Below, piece after piece: positions 1 to 9,560 of a stretch of 62,035 bases of DNA. Position 1 is the first letter of the stretch, and every line of letters starts with the position of its first letter. The DNA is from a virus. Its lineage: Duplodnaviria > Caudoviricetes. The notes below the pieces were generated by a model that saw nothing but the letters and a program-made list of their open reading frames with translations, searched no databases and had not been told where the DNA came from. Both the position numbers and the translations under genes were made by a program. The stretch spans positions 1 through 62,035 of IMG/VR virus record IMGVR_UViG_3300046170_000133; one strand, 5' to 3'.

Positions 1-807
1 GCTACCGAGCAATTGGTCAACCGAATCAATAGACTCCGCTAACTCTTCAGATTGAAAGACCTGATCATTCAGAACTCTCGCTCTGTCATTATCAACTTTC
101 AACTTATCGAACATCGCATCTTTGAAAAATGCTCCGCCTTTATCTTTCGGCTTGAAGTTTTTCATCGCATCAATGACTCGCCCTAAAGAAGAATCTAAAT
201 TCTCCTTGGCATCATCCAACAAGAGTTTCTCGTTTTGACGATAGCTACCTTCAACTTGTGAAGCGATTTGTTTTCGCAACTTAGCTGAAGCAGTAGTACG
301 AATATCAGACTCAACTGAAGGAATGTTTCTGAAGTTAACATCAAAAACAAACTTTCGTGCTATCTCCCATTGCTCCAAATAGTCTTCCGATTTCCAAGCA
401 TTGCCCAAAGTATCTTTAGCACCTTCGACATAAGTCTCGTAGCTACCGATAAAATGATTGACCTCTCTATCCCACTCCAACTGAAACTTATTAATAGCTT
501 GTTGAACTTGTTCATAGTGAGTATTAGGTAACAGATAATAAACTGATTTATTACTGTCTCCTTCTTGCCATGGGTAAACATAAGGCTTGATCTCTCTGTT
601 CATAAACTTGTTGAACATTTTTCTCATATGAGAATTGATGTCAAAAGAATATAACTTCTTATCAACCTTGATGCTTCTATCATCAGCAGAATACATACCA
701 GTAACCTCATCGCTGATCTCACGATCAACTTTGATACCGCTAGGTATTTGCTTATGTATGTGAATTAAAGTCGCAACTTCTTGCAACACCGATTTTTTGT
801 TATCCAT
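1..807 (-). CDS. 5' part of early protein (DUF3150-like partner of AAA ATPase/VWA), truncated by window edge
   Basis: Same sequence as 58771-59721; ATG at 807 preceded by GGAGG. Confidence 0.85.
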   Translation of the reverse strand, partial: MDNKKSVLQEVATLIHIHKQIPSGIKVDREISDEVTGMYSADDRSIKVDKKLYSFDINSHMRKMFNKFMNREIKPYVYPWQEGDSNKSVYYLLPNTHYEQVQQAINKFQLEWDREVNHFIGSYETYVEGAKDTLGNAWKSEDYLEQWEIARKFVFDVNFRNIPSVESDIRTTASAKLRKQIASQVEGSYRQNEKLLLDDAKENLDSSLGRVIDAMKNFKPKDKGGAFFKDAMFDKLKVDNDRARVLNDQVFQSEELAESIDSVDQLLGS

Positions 808-836
808 AGTAACCTCCATAGATAATTAGTTAAAAG

Positions 837-894
837 AACTGATTTCGATTCTTTTGAATCATCATCAGGCAGACCACACAGTCCACGATCAGTT
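837..894 (-). ncRNA. Type III hammerhead ribozyme HH1
   Basis: Minus strand AACUGA-UC^GUGGAC-UGUGUG-GUCUGC-CUGAUGA-U-GAUUC-AAAA-GAAUC-GAAA-UCAGUU: full catalytic core, three stems, AUC cleavage triplet (cut between 887 and 886). Confidence 0.92.
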
Positions 895-907
895 AGAACA
901 CAGAGCA

Positions 908-935
908 GAGAAAATATTACTGGTAACATTTTCTC
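908..935. promoter_or_regulatory. 28-bp near-perfect palindrome, best copy of the genome-wide ACCAGT/AATATT motif
   Basis: GAGAAAATATTACTGGTAACATTTTCTC; related copies elsewhere in the genome. Confidence 0.7.
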
Positions 936-952
936 CACTCCAGTCCCTTGGA

Positions 953-2029
953 TTAGATCAATAAGTCTTGATGTCTAACCACAAAGTCAGAATAAACCTT
1001 AGTTTGTTTCAACTGAGATTTTATTCCCACCATAGTACGAACAAAGAAGATAGCAAACTCATCAGTCTGAAATTGCTCTACAAATTTTAGAGCGTTCTCA
1101 AAATGAATCGCTAACTCTGAGTCCTTCGATTCCTTAATGGTAGAAGTCAAAGCAACCGCAGTAGCGTATTGCAGACCCACACCTTCGGGAACATCCACCT
1201 TCTTGCCACCCAACACCTTTTCAAGATTTGGAACATCTTGCATCAAGGTTATGAAAGCCATGAACTCCGCAGTAAATTCTCGACCTACAAAACCATAGAT
1301 CAAGTTTTGCAGAATATCCTTGTCAGGATTTTGTGCTAGCACCTTAGACAAATTAGTGATTGTCCTAGGAGTCGCACTCGGCTCAACAATTTTGGGGTCA
1401 AAATTATTAAGGTACTGTGGCTGATACTGAATGAAAGCGATCAAGCGTTCATCAACACTATTTTCACTTGCCCACTTTAGCCAGTCGTTAGCGTTGCTCT
1501 CGAACTCGATCATCCCGACACGACCCATCCCATGTGCCACAATTTTGTTAGCACTTGATCTGTCGCTGTGACGATTTCCCGCTAGCACAATACTCCACCC
1601 TTCGGGGAAGACGTACTCGCCAAGTCTTCGTTCCTTAATCAACTGCGAAGCAATTGCTTGAAGGTCTTGACCCGCTTGAGCGAACTCATCTAAGAACAGC
1701 AGACCTTTACCTTTAGTCGGTAAATTTCCGAGCATTGCTCTCTTCTGAACTCCATCGACAATGTAAGGCAATCCGCCAAAGTCTACAGACTCAAAATGAC
1801 TCAGCCTAAAATCAACTAGACCAAATTGTTTAGCAGTCGGGGAAGCGTTATCCCAACTAACTGAAAGACCTTCCTCTTCAGCAAGGCTCTCTGCAAATTG
1901 ATAAATCGTTTCTGATTTACCAACACCCACAGACCCCAACACCAATGGTGTCTGATCTGCTAATTTCATCACGTGCATCATTCTTAAAGTCTGACTAGGC
2001 GATGACCCATTTATATTTTGTTCATCCAT
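953..2029 (-). CDS. MoxR-like AAA+ ATPase
   Basis: Walker A GSVGVGKS, Walker B LLFLDE, sensor AGNR, TPR(T) motif; GGAG before ATG at 2029; neighbours a VWA gene. Confidence 0.88.
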   Translation of the reverse strand: MDEQNINGSSPSQTLRMMHVMKLADQTPLVLGSVGVGKSETIYQFAESLAEEEGLSVSWDNASPTAKQFGLVDFRLSHFESVDFGGLPYIVDGVQKRAMLGNLPTKGKGLLFLDEFAQAGQDLQAIASQLIKERRLGEYVFPEGWSIVLAGNRHSDRSSANKIVAHGMGRVGMIEFESNANDWLKWASENSVDERLIAFIQYQPQYLNNFDPKIVEPSATPRTITNLSKVLAQNPDKDILQNLIYGFVGREFTAEFMAFITLMQDVPNLEKVLGGKKVDVPEGVGLQYATAVALTSTIKESKDSELAIHFENALKFVEQFQTDEFAIFFVRTMVGIKSQLKQTKVYSDFVVRHQDLLI

Positions 2030-2061
2030 AATTTTCTCCATCATAGATTAATAGTTAAAAG

Positions 2062-2115
2062 ACTGTTTCGGAACTTTTGTTCCATCATCAGAGCAAGCAC
2101 ACACTTGCTGACAGT
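2062..2115 (-). ncRNA. Type III hammerhead ribozyme HH2
   Basis: Minus strand ACUG-UC^AGCAAG-UGUGUG-CUUGCU-CUGAUGA-U-GGAAC-AAAA-GUUCC-GAAA-CAGU; GUC triplet (cut between 2110 and 2109); stems covary with HH1, loops identical. Confidence 0.93.
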
Positions 2116-2119
2116 TTTG

Positions 2120-2335
2120 CATCCCACCATTGTGAGACTGTCCCCCTCTATTCTTTAATATTTGAGGAGCAGAACTTTATTCTTGTTCTGGGAACTTGGT
2201 GTATCGTTTACCGCCCTCGCATGCTTCCTAGCAACTGTCACTTGCTACATGGTCTCTGGGGTACGACCTAGGCTACTGTCACTTATCCCTAGGAATTTGT
2301 CAGAGTCGTATTGTGCTGTTCTATAAAACCTCCAC
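2120..2335 (-). ncRNA. Structured leader RNA upstream of HH2
   Basis: Series of hairpins (UACGAC/GUCGUA with CCUAGG/CCUAGG; UAGCAA/UUGCUA; CAGAAC/GUUCUG; CUCCUC/GAGGGG); two loops contain AGUGACAGU; the second repeat copy has a different stem around AGUGACA. Confidence 0.55.
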
Positions 2336-2425
2336 GTTAAAATATAACTGGTAAGAAATTAACCAAACCAAGAAGACCGACACGCTGTCGGGGTTTGTTG
2401 ATCTGCTGTTTCTGTCCATGAGTTA

Positions 2426-2453
2426 ACTCTACGCTAATGGGAGTAGATTGCAA
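2426..2453 (-). promoter_or_regulatory. Putative sigma70 early promoter
   Basis: TTGCAA-N16-TAGAGT on minus strand, upstream of leader/HH2/ATPase. Confidence 0.45.
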
Positions 2454-2503
2454 GCACATTGCAGTCATTACATTAAGAAATAAAGACCAGTAAAATATTC
2501 CCT

Positions 2504-2992
2504 ATGACTGACGAGAAAAAACCAAACCTAAAAATAGTTAAAGACCGACCCGAAATTTTGACCCCGAAACAAAGACATTTTGTAGAACTCATAGTAAAGG
2601 GAAAGGTAACTTATAAAGAGGCATATGCAGAAGCTTACAATGTCACTCTAACGAAGTCAGGGAAGATACCTAAATGGGTAGAGACAGAGTCATCTAAACT
2701 GCTAGCAAACCCTAAGATAGCACTAAGCGTTCAGAGACTTATCAGTAAGCGAGAGGATGGTTCAGTAGCTTCTGGCATACGAACTAAGAACTATGTTCTT
2801 GAAAGACTAATGGCAGAGTCTAGGGATGCTGATTCAGATGCTAGCAGAGTCAGGGCATTAGAATTACTGGGTAAGACCATTGGAATATTCACAGACGTTG
2901 TGGAACAAAGAGAAGAGAGAGCAAGCGAAACGATAGCGGAAGAGATAGAAGAGAAGATCATCCGACTATTGGAAGAATCACAAAACGATTAA
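2504..2992 (+). CDS. terS: Terminase small subunit
   Basis: LTPKQRHFV N-terminal HTH, SKLLANPKI, RVRALELLGKTIGIF; upstream of terL. Confidence 0.88.
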   Translation: MTDEKKPNLKIVKDRPEILTPKQRHFVELIVKGKVTYKEAYAEAYNVTLTKSGKIPKWVETESSKLLANPKIALSVQRLISKREDGSVASGIRTKNYVLERLMAESRDADSDASRVRALELLGKTIGIFTDVVEQREERASETIAEEIEEKIIRLLEESQND

Positions 2993-3400
2993 TCAAATTT
3001 CTTAGCTAAAGAAAACAAAGACCACCCCTTTTGATTTTATGATCTGGATATTCTAGACGACCCCCACCCCCGCTAGAGAAACAGATTACTTGTCTACCAT
3101 ATATACATAGTGATCCACACATTTGATGTGCAGTTTTCATGTACCCCCCCCCTTCTTCTTTTTATGCTTGCATTTTGTAATCGCATATTACCTGTAACTG
3201 TAGGATAAAGGGGTAGGAATCCTACACCCCCATATATTATTATAATTTTTATGTTGACTTTCCATGTGAAGGGGTACTATTATGGTAGAGTATTGGAATA
3301 GATATACCTACTATGTAGTAAATACCAGATAAGTAATTACCAATTGGTTATACAAGGTATTGATTTTAAAGGAGTATCTACATTTCAGTATGTACCTACT
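2993..3400. other. Non-coding terS-terL spacer, candidate pac region
   Basis: C-runs, inverted repeat GGGGTAGGAATCCTACACCCC, GTA/TAC-rich tract; the right genome end maps here (~3102). Confidence 0.5.
3254..3283 (+). promoter_or_regulatory. Putative sigma70 promoter for terL/late operon
   Basis: TTGACT-N18-TATTAT. Confidence 0.5.
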
Positions 3401-4897
3401 ATGAATCCCAACATACTTAATCAAATCAAGAATCTAGATTCAGTTGAAAAGGCTGAGATGCTTGATCTGTTAGAAGAGTGGGAGTCTGCCAAAAGGCGTG
3501 AGGGTTCCCAGAATGATTTCTTAACCTTTGTGCAAGAGATGTGGACTGCTTTCATTCATGGTAAACACCACGAGATAATGGCTAAAGCTTTCGAGAAGGT
3601 CGTTAGAGGCGATCTAAAGCGTTTAATTATTAACATGCCTCCTAGACACACTAAGAGTGAGTTCGCTTCTTATCTGTTGCCTGCGTGGTTTTTAGGACAA
3701 TACCCTGAGAAGAAGATCATTCAGACTGCCCATACTGCGGAACTAGCTGTCGGCTTTGGTCGTAAAGTTAGAAACCTTGTCAACAATAATGATTTCAAGG
3801 ATGTCTTTCCTAATGTTAGTCTGCAAGCAGATAGTAAAGCTGCGGGTCGTTGGAATACCAACAAGGGCGGTGAATACTTTGCGATAGGTGTTGGCGGTGC
3901 GGTGACTGGTAAAGGTGCGGACTTATTAATTATTGATGATCCGCATTCAGAACAAGAAGGTGCATCTGCAGATGTGAATGTCTTTAATAAGACTTATGAG
4001 TGGTATACCTCTGGACCAAGACAGCGTTTACAACCGAATGGTGCGATTGTGGTAGTAATGACTAGATGGCATCAGCGTGATCTGACGGGTCAGGTAGTAG
4101 ATGCTAGCATTAAACGAGGTGGTGCAGATCAATGGGAAGTTATAGAACTGCCTGCGATCCTACCATCAGGCGAAGCTTTGTGGTCAGAGTTCTGGAAGCT
4201 AGAAGAATTAGAAGCGTTGCGTGCTGAACTGCCGAATAGTAAATGGCAATCTCAGTATCAACAAGACCCCACCTCAGAAGAAGGTGCGTTGGTCAAACGA
4301 GAATGGTGGCAGACTTGGGATCAAAGAGACCCACCAGATTGCGAGTTTGTCATCCAGTCTTGGGATACAGCCTTTATGAAGAATCAACGAGCAGACTATT
4401 CTGCTTGCACTACATGGGGAGTATTCTACAAAGAAGACGATGAAGGGATGCTAGCACCAAACATAATATTACTAGATGCTTATAAATCTAGACTAGAGTT
4501 TCCTGAGTTAAAAATAAAAGCTGCCGAAAAACATGCACAGTATAAACCTGATGCTTTGATTGTTGAGGCAAAAGCTGCGGGTATGCCTTTGATCTTTGAA
4601 CTAAGACAGACTGGGATACCGGTACAAGAATACACACCTAGTCGTGGTAATGATAAAATATCTAGAGTGAATGCAGTATCAGACCTATTTGCTTCAGGTG
4701 TCGTGTGGTGTCCTGAAACTAGATGGGCGGAAGAAGTAGTGGAAGAGTTTGCTGGCTTTCCTAATGTCGAACACGATGACTTAGTTGATAGTAGTACGCA
4801 AGCATTATTAAGATTTAGACAAGGCGGATTCATACCTTTACCAAGCGATGAAGAGGATGAGCCTTTAGAACATAACAAAGTCGCTGATTATTATTGA
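3401..4897 (+). CDS. terL: Terminase large subunit
   Basis: MPPRHTKSE Walker A region, LLIIDDP Walker B, SWDTA and HDDLVDS nuclease motifs. Confidence 0.96.
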   Translation: MNPNILNQIKNLDSVEKAEMLDLLEEWESAKRREGSQNDFLTFVQEMWTAFIHGKHHEIMAKAFEKVVRGDLKRLIINMPPRHTKSEFASYLLPAWFLGQYPEKKIIQTAHTAELAVGFGRKVRNLVNNNDFKDVFPNVSLQADSKAAGRWNTNKGGEYFAIGVGGAVTGKGADLLIIDDPHSEQEGASADVNVFNKTYEWYTSGPRQRLQPNGAIVVVMTRWHQRDLTGQVVDASIKRGGADQWEVIELPAILPSGEALWSEFWKLEELEALRAELPNSKWQSQYQQDPTSEEGALVKREWWQTWDQRDPPDCEFVIQSWDTAFMKNQRADYSACTTWGVFYKEDDEGMLAPNIILLDAYKSRLEFPELKIKAAEKHAQYKPDALIVEAKAAGMPLIFELRQTGIPVQEYTPSRGNDKISRVNAVSDLFASGVVWCPETRWAEEVVEEFAGFPNVEHDDLVDSSTQALLRFRQGGFIPLPSDEEDEPLEHNKVADYY

Positions 4898-4905
4898 GGT
4901 AAGTT

Positions 4906-7392
4906 TTGGCTATAGAAAAAAATCCTATGCAACCATCTACGCCTGTAGAAGGAACAATAGAACAAGGTGCTGAAGAAATTACTGTGGCGATAGAAAACCC
5001 AGACTCAGTTGCAATTGAAACTGATGATGGTGGCATGATTATAGACTTCGATCCCGATAGTAGTCCTATGGGTATGGAAGATTTTAATTCCAACCTTGCC
5101 GAGTTTATGTCCGATACCGACCTAAATGAAATGGGTCAGGACTTAGTCTCGCAGTTTGAAGCCGATAAAGATTCTCGTAGTGAGTGGGAAGAAAGCTACG
5201 TCAAAGGTTTAGATCAGTTAGGTTTAAAGATAGAAGAGAGAACTACCCCTTGGGCAGGAGCTTGTGGAGTCTTTCATCCAATGTTAAGTGAAGCTGTTGT
5301 CCGTTTCCAATCTCAGTCAATAGCAGAAATGTTTCCCGCCCAAGGACCAGTTCGCACTAAGTTAGTTGGTAAGATTACTACAGACAAAACTAAGCAAGCT
5401 CAAAGAGTTCAAGACTATCTTAATTATTTATTAACACATCAAATGTCTGAGTACCGAACTGAGACCGAGAAGATGTTATTCTCTTTACCCTTGGCAGGCT
5501 CTGCCTTTCGAAAAGTTTACTTTGATCCAAGCCTTGATAGACCAAGTTCTATTTTTGTTCCAGCCGAAGATGTAGTAGTTAACTATGGTGCAAGCGATTT
5601 AGAAACTTGTGATCGTGCTACTCATGTCATGCGTAAATCTTCAAACGATGTACGCAAGATGCAAGTCGCTGGCTTTTATCGTGATGTAGATATACCTGAG
5701 TCTAATGAAGGACAGTCAGATATTCGTAAGAAGTATGACGAAATGACAGGCGAATCAAAGACTTACAACTACGATGACCGACATACTATTCTAGAAATGC
5801 AAGTCAACCTTGATCTAGATGGTTACGAAGATATGATCGATGGGAATAAAAGCGGTATAGCTTTACCCTTATGTAGTCTCAATAGATTATCCAAGTGGCA
5901 TAGTCTTAAGTATTCGTAGAAACTATTACGAAGACGATCCTAAAAAATTAAGACGTATGCACTTTGTTCACTATCAGTATCTACCCGGATTAGGCTTCTA
6001 TGGCTTTGGTTTGATACACATGGTAGGTGGTTTAGCTAAATCTGCTACTTCAATACTCAGACAATTAGTTGATGCGGGTACACTATCTAATTTGCCGGGT
6101 GGTTTAAAATCTAGAGGTTTAAGAATTAAAGGGGATGACACACCAATTATGCCCGGAGAATTTAGAGATGTTGATGTGCCGGGTGGTGCGATCAGAGATA
6201 ACATTAGCTTCTTACCTTACAAAGAACCATCAGGAACTTTGTATCAACTCTTACAAAACATAGTAGAAGAAGGTAGACGTTTTGCTAGCATGAATGATAT
6301 GAAAGTATCTGACATGAACAATCAAGCACCAGTTGGTACTACGCTTGCTTTACTAGAAAGAAACATGAAAGTTATGTCAGCCGTGCAAGCAAGGCTACAT
6401 GCTTCGATGCGAAAAGAATTTGAAATATTAGTTGGCATAGTTAAAGACTTTACTGAACCAACTTATCCATACGAGATGGATGAAGAAGAATTTATTAAAG
6501 CTTCAGACTTTGATGATCGGGTAGATGTTCTACCAGTTTCTGATCCTAATGCTTCGACCATGGCACAAAGAATAATGCAATATCAGGCAGCCATGCAATT
6601 GGCAGCAACTTCTCCTGAAATTTATAATATGCCCGAGTTGCATAGGCAAATGTTAGAAACATTAGGTATCAGAAACGTAGATGATATTATTCCAAACAAC
6701 GATGACATCAAACCTGTTGATCCAATAACTGCAGTTCAGAATTTAATTAATGGTGTACCAGTTAAAGCTTTTATTACTCAAGACCATGAAGCACATATTG
6801 AAACAATAGCAGCAGCTCAACAAAATCCTGACGTAATACAAAAAATAGAAGCAAGTCCTACAGCTCAAAGCATCTTGGCTAATGCAAGTGCTTATGTAAA
6901 TCAACATCTAACTATGATGTTTAGAAAACAAGTTGAAGAAGAAATGGGTATACCTTTACCAGCAGAAGGCGAACCGCTACCAGCAGATGTTGAGAAACGT
7001 ATTTCTGATCTTGTAGCTGAAGCAGCCAAAGCGAGTTGCGATTACTTCTCAATCAAGAGCAGAACAAGACAGAATTGCAGCACAACAACAAGACCCACTT
7101 ATACAAATGCGTGAAAGAGAAGTGGCAATTAAAGAAGCTGACGTACAAAGAAAAATTGCTGGCGATGCTGCACGCATACAGCTAGATGCAGAGAAAGCTA
7201 AAAACCGAGATGAGATTGAAAGAGAAAGGATAGAATCTCAAGAGCAAATTGCAGGTGCTAGCATAGGGCAGAAAAGTTGCTAGTGATATGCTAGAAGCAG
7301 AGGAGAAAGCTGATAGCAAATCAGTAGAAAGATACAAGCAAGGTATTGACATTGCAAAAGATATAGCACAGAATCTAGATAGAGATGAGTGA
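4906..7392 (+). CDS. Portal protein, split by probable sequencing frameshifts (~5870, ~7030, ~7275)
   Basis: Follows terL; SRSEWE, LPLAGSAFRKVYFD, GFYGFGLIH, PVGTTLALLE motifs of P22-like marine portals; reading continues across frame changes. Confidence 0.88.
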
Positions 7393-7585
7393 TGAGTTCC
7401 AAGAATTAGCACTTTCAGATTTTCTGAAAACTAGAATCAAGGATTTAATTACTGATCACAAGGATCACCTAGCCAATGGTACGATCAAAGATCACGAAGA
7501 ATACAAAAGGCTATGTGGAATTATCGAGGGTTTAAACCTCGCAGAAAGAGAGATGGCTGACTGGATAGAAAGACACTCTCGCTAA
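7385..7585 (+). CDS. Small conserved head-region protein
   Basis: EYKRLCGIIEGL motif, usual portal-groES position. Confidence 0.7.
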   Translation: MSDEFQELALSDFLKTRIKDLITDHKDHLANGTIKDHEEYKRLCGIIEGLNLAEREMADWIERHSR

Positions 7586-7617
7586 AGGAACTCGACTCCT
7601 AAAGTCGTGCAAACATT

Positions 7618-7989
7618 ATGACAGAAGCGGTAAAGACACCAGAACCTGACGTAGCTAGAAAACAACTGCCTGATCCAAAGGGTTGGAAAATTTTAGTTGC
7701 TATGCCACAAGCTGATGAAAAGACAGAAGGTGGTATTATTAAATCAACCCAAACAATAAAGAATGAAGAAGTAGGTAACATCTGCGGATATGTTCTTGAG
7801 TTAGGACCTGAAGCATATAACGATAAGAAAAGATTTGCTTCTGGACCATGGTGCAAAAAAGGTGACTGGGTTATTTTCCGTGCTTATTCTGGCACTCGCA
7901 TGGTTATGTATGGACAAGAGTTTCGTTTAATAAACGATGATACTGTGGAAGCAGTTGTCGAAGACCCAGCAGGAGTAGTAAGAGCATGA
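7618..7989 (+). CDS. groES: GroES-like co-chaperonin
   Basis: KTEGGII mobile loop, GDWVIFRAYSGT, RLINDD. Confidence 0.88.
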   Translation: MTEAVKTPEPDVARKQLPDPKGWKILVAMPQADEKTEGGIIKSTQTIKNEEVGNICGYVLELGPEAYNDKKRFASGPWCKKGDWVIFRAYSGTRMVMYGQEFRLINDDTVEAVVEDPAGVVRA

Positions 7990-8993
7990 GTGAAACAGAA
8001 ATAATAAACGAAGAGCCTAACATTCCAGAACCAAGAATGTCTGACGAAGATAAATTTTTTGGTCAAACTACTGAAATTCAAACTGAAGTTGATGAAGGAC
8101 TATCAGTTGAAATAGTAGACGATACTCCAGAAGAAGATCGTAGACCACCAAAAGTAGAAACTCCAGAAGTAGAAGTTACTGATGATACAGTTGATCAAGA
8201 GATTACTGATTACAGCAAAAGAGCTGGAGACAGAATTAATAAACTCAAGTATGAGTTTCACGAAGAGCGTAGAGCTAAAGAAGCAGCAGTCAGAGAATCA
8301 TCTGAAGCTGTGCAAAGACTTCAAAGCTTACTCTCAGAGAATAAAAAACTTCAAGCCATGGTTGATCAAGGCGGAGAAGTTTTAAATAAGCAAGCAGCAA
8401 ACAATGCAGTATGGGCAAAACAAAACGCTCAGACTATGTACAAAGCTGCTTATGAAGCAGGCGATGCAGAAAAAATGGCAGAAGCACAAGAGCAACTATC
8501 AAAGGCTGTGCTAGCTGAACAAACTGCAAGCAGGATGGCAGAGAATGTACAAGAGGAAATAATTAAAAATATTCCTGAAGAAGAAGTGCAACAGCCAACT
8601 GATCCAGCCTTGCAAGCATGGTCAAGTAAAAACCCTTGGTTTATGGGAACTGATCCTACGCATAGAGAGATGACTAGCTATGCAATGTATTTAGATCAGA
8701 CTTTAAAACAACAAGGTGTAGACCCAAGCACACAAGCAGAGACTTATTACGCAAAGATAGATGAAGAAATGCGTGGTAAATATCCAAACTTTTTCGGAGT
8801 TACTCCACCTATAGAAATACAGGAAGAGACTCCAAAGCGACAACCTCAAACAGTTGTAGCACCCACATCGAGGGATAGTGGTACAAAAAAACCCTCGCAA
8901 GTACGTCTGACCCAGACTCAAGTTAAGATAGCTCGACAACTTGGTATTAGTCCGGAGCAGTATGCAAATCAATTATTAAAGGAGCAAACATGA
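7986..8993 (+). CDS. Probable capsid scaffolding protein
   Basis: Acidic coiled coil, WSSKNPWF, C-terminal IARQLGISPEQYA; head operon position. Confidence 0.7.
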   Translation: MSETEIINEEPNIPEPRMSDEDKFFGQTTEIQTEVDEGLSVEIVDDTPEEDRRPPKVETPEVEVTDDTVDQEITDYSKRAGDRINKLKYEFHEERRAKEAAVRESSEAVQRLQSLLSENKKLQAMVDQGGEVLNKQAANNAVWAKQNAQTMYKAAYEAGDAEKMAEAQEQLSKAVLAEQTASRMAENVQEEIIKNIPEEEVQQPTDPALQAWSSKNPWFMGTDPTHREMTSYAMYLDQTLKQQGVDPSTQAETYYAKIDEEMRGKYPNFFGVTPPIEIQEETPKRQPQTVVAPTSRDSGTKKPSQVRLTQTQVKIARQLGISPEQYANQLLKEQT

Positions 8994-9508
8994 CAGAGCA
9001 AGATAACACAACTAATGTGGAGGAAAATTCTGCAGAATCTTCTGAAAACCAAGAGCGTTCCCCTAGGGGATTAAATAGTCGAGAGGCTACCCAGCGTACT
9101 AAGAACTGGGAAAACCAAGGTAACCTACCTGATCCTGACCACCAAGATGGTTGGGTATTCAGATGGATCAGAACTTCCTTAGTAGGAAACTCTGATAATC
9201 CAAATGTATCTAGAAGATTTCGTGAAGGATGGCAACCCTGTCGTTTGGAAGATCATCCAGAGTTACAGATACATATGATGGATCACGAATCTGATTGGGC
9301 AAAGAAAGGTAATGTTGAAATAGGCGGACAGCTTTTATGTAAAATGCCAAAAGAAGATGCAGACGCTAGAGCTGCACACTTTGACAAAATTGCAAGAGAG
9401 CAAACAGAAGCTGTTGACAATACTTTCTTCAAAGACCAAGACAGCAGAATGGCTACCAAACAAGTATTTGAACGCAAAACAAAAACGACTTTTGGTAAAG
9501 ACTCCTAG
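8990..9508 (+). CDS. Conserved head-region protein
   Basis: GWVFRWIR, REGWQP, GGQLLCKMP motifs. Confidence 0.7.
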   Translation: MTEQDNTTNVEENSAESSENQERSPRGLNSREATQRTKNWENQGNLPDPDHQDGWVFRWIRTSLVGNSDNPNVSRRFREGWQPCRLEDHPELQIHMMDHESDWAKKGNVEIGGQLLCKMPKEDADARAAHFDKIAREQTEAVDNTFFKDQDSRMATKQVFERKTKTTFGKDS

Positions 9509-9560
9509 AGTCTTTGTTTAATAATTATATTCTGTAATTAATTTTACAGAGGAGTAAAAT

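Larger units (their letters stand above)
1..3102. repeat. Terminal direct repeat, left copy
   Basis: Position 1 (gctaccgagcaattgg...) recurs at 58915 and the match continues to the window end; offset 58,914; copies differ by patches of substitutions. Confidence 0.97.

Noticed and set aside
360-581. 73-aa minus ORF and many other short nested or antisense ORFs in the track
   Set aside because: Alternate-frame shadows inside well-supported genes
2077-2271. + strand ORF (and its copy 60920-61204)
   Set aside because: Antisense to the hammerhead and leader; no RBS; length and sequence differ between copies
4906-7392. Split portal (also splits at ~12250, 30670, 36787, 37465, 53370 and in the second ATPase copy) read as programmed frameshifts, introns or pseudogenes
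   Set aside because: Single-base indels, mostly in homopolymers, scattered through essential genes; best explained as long-read error
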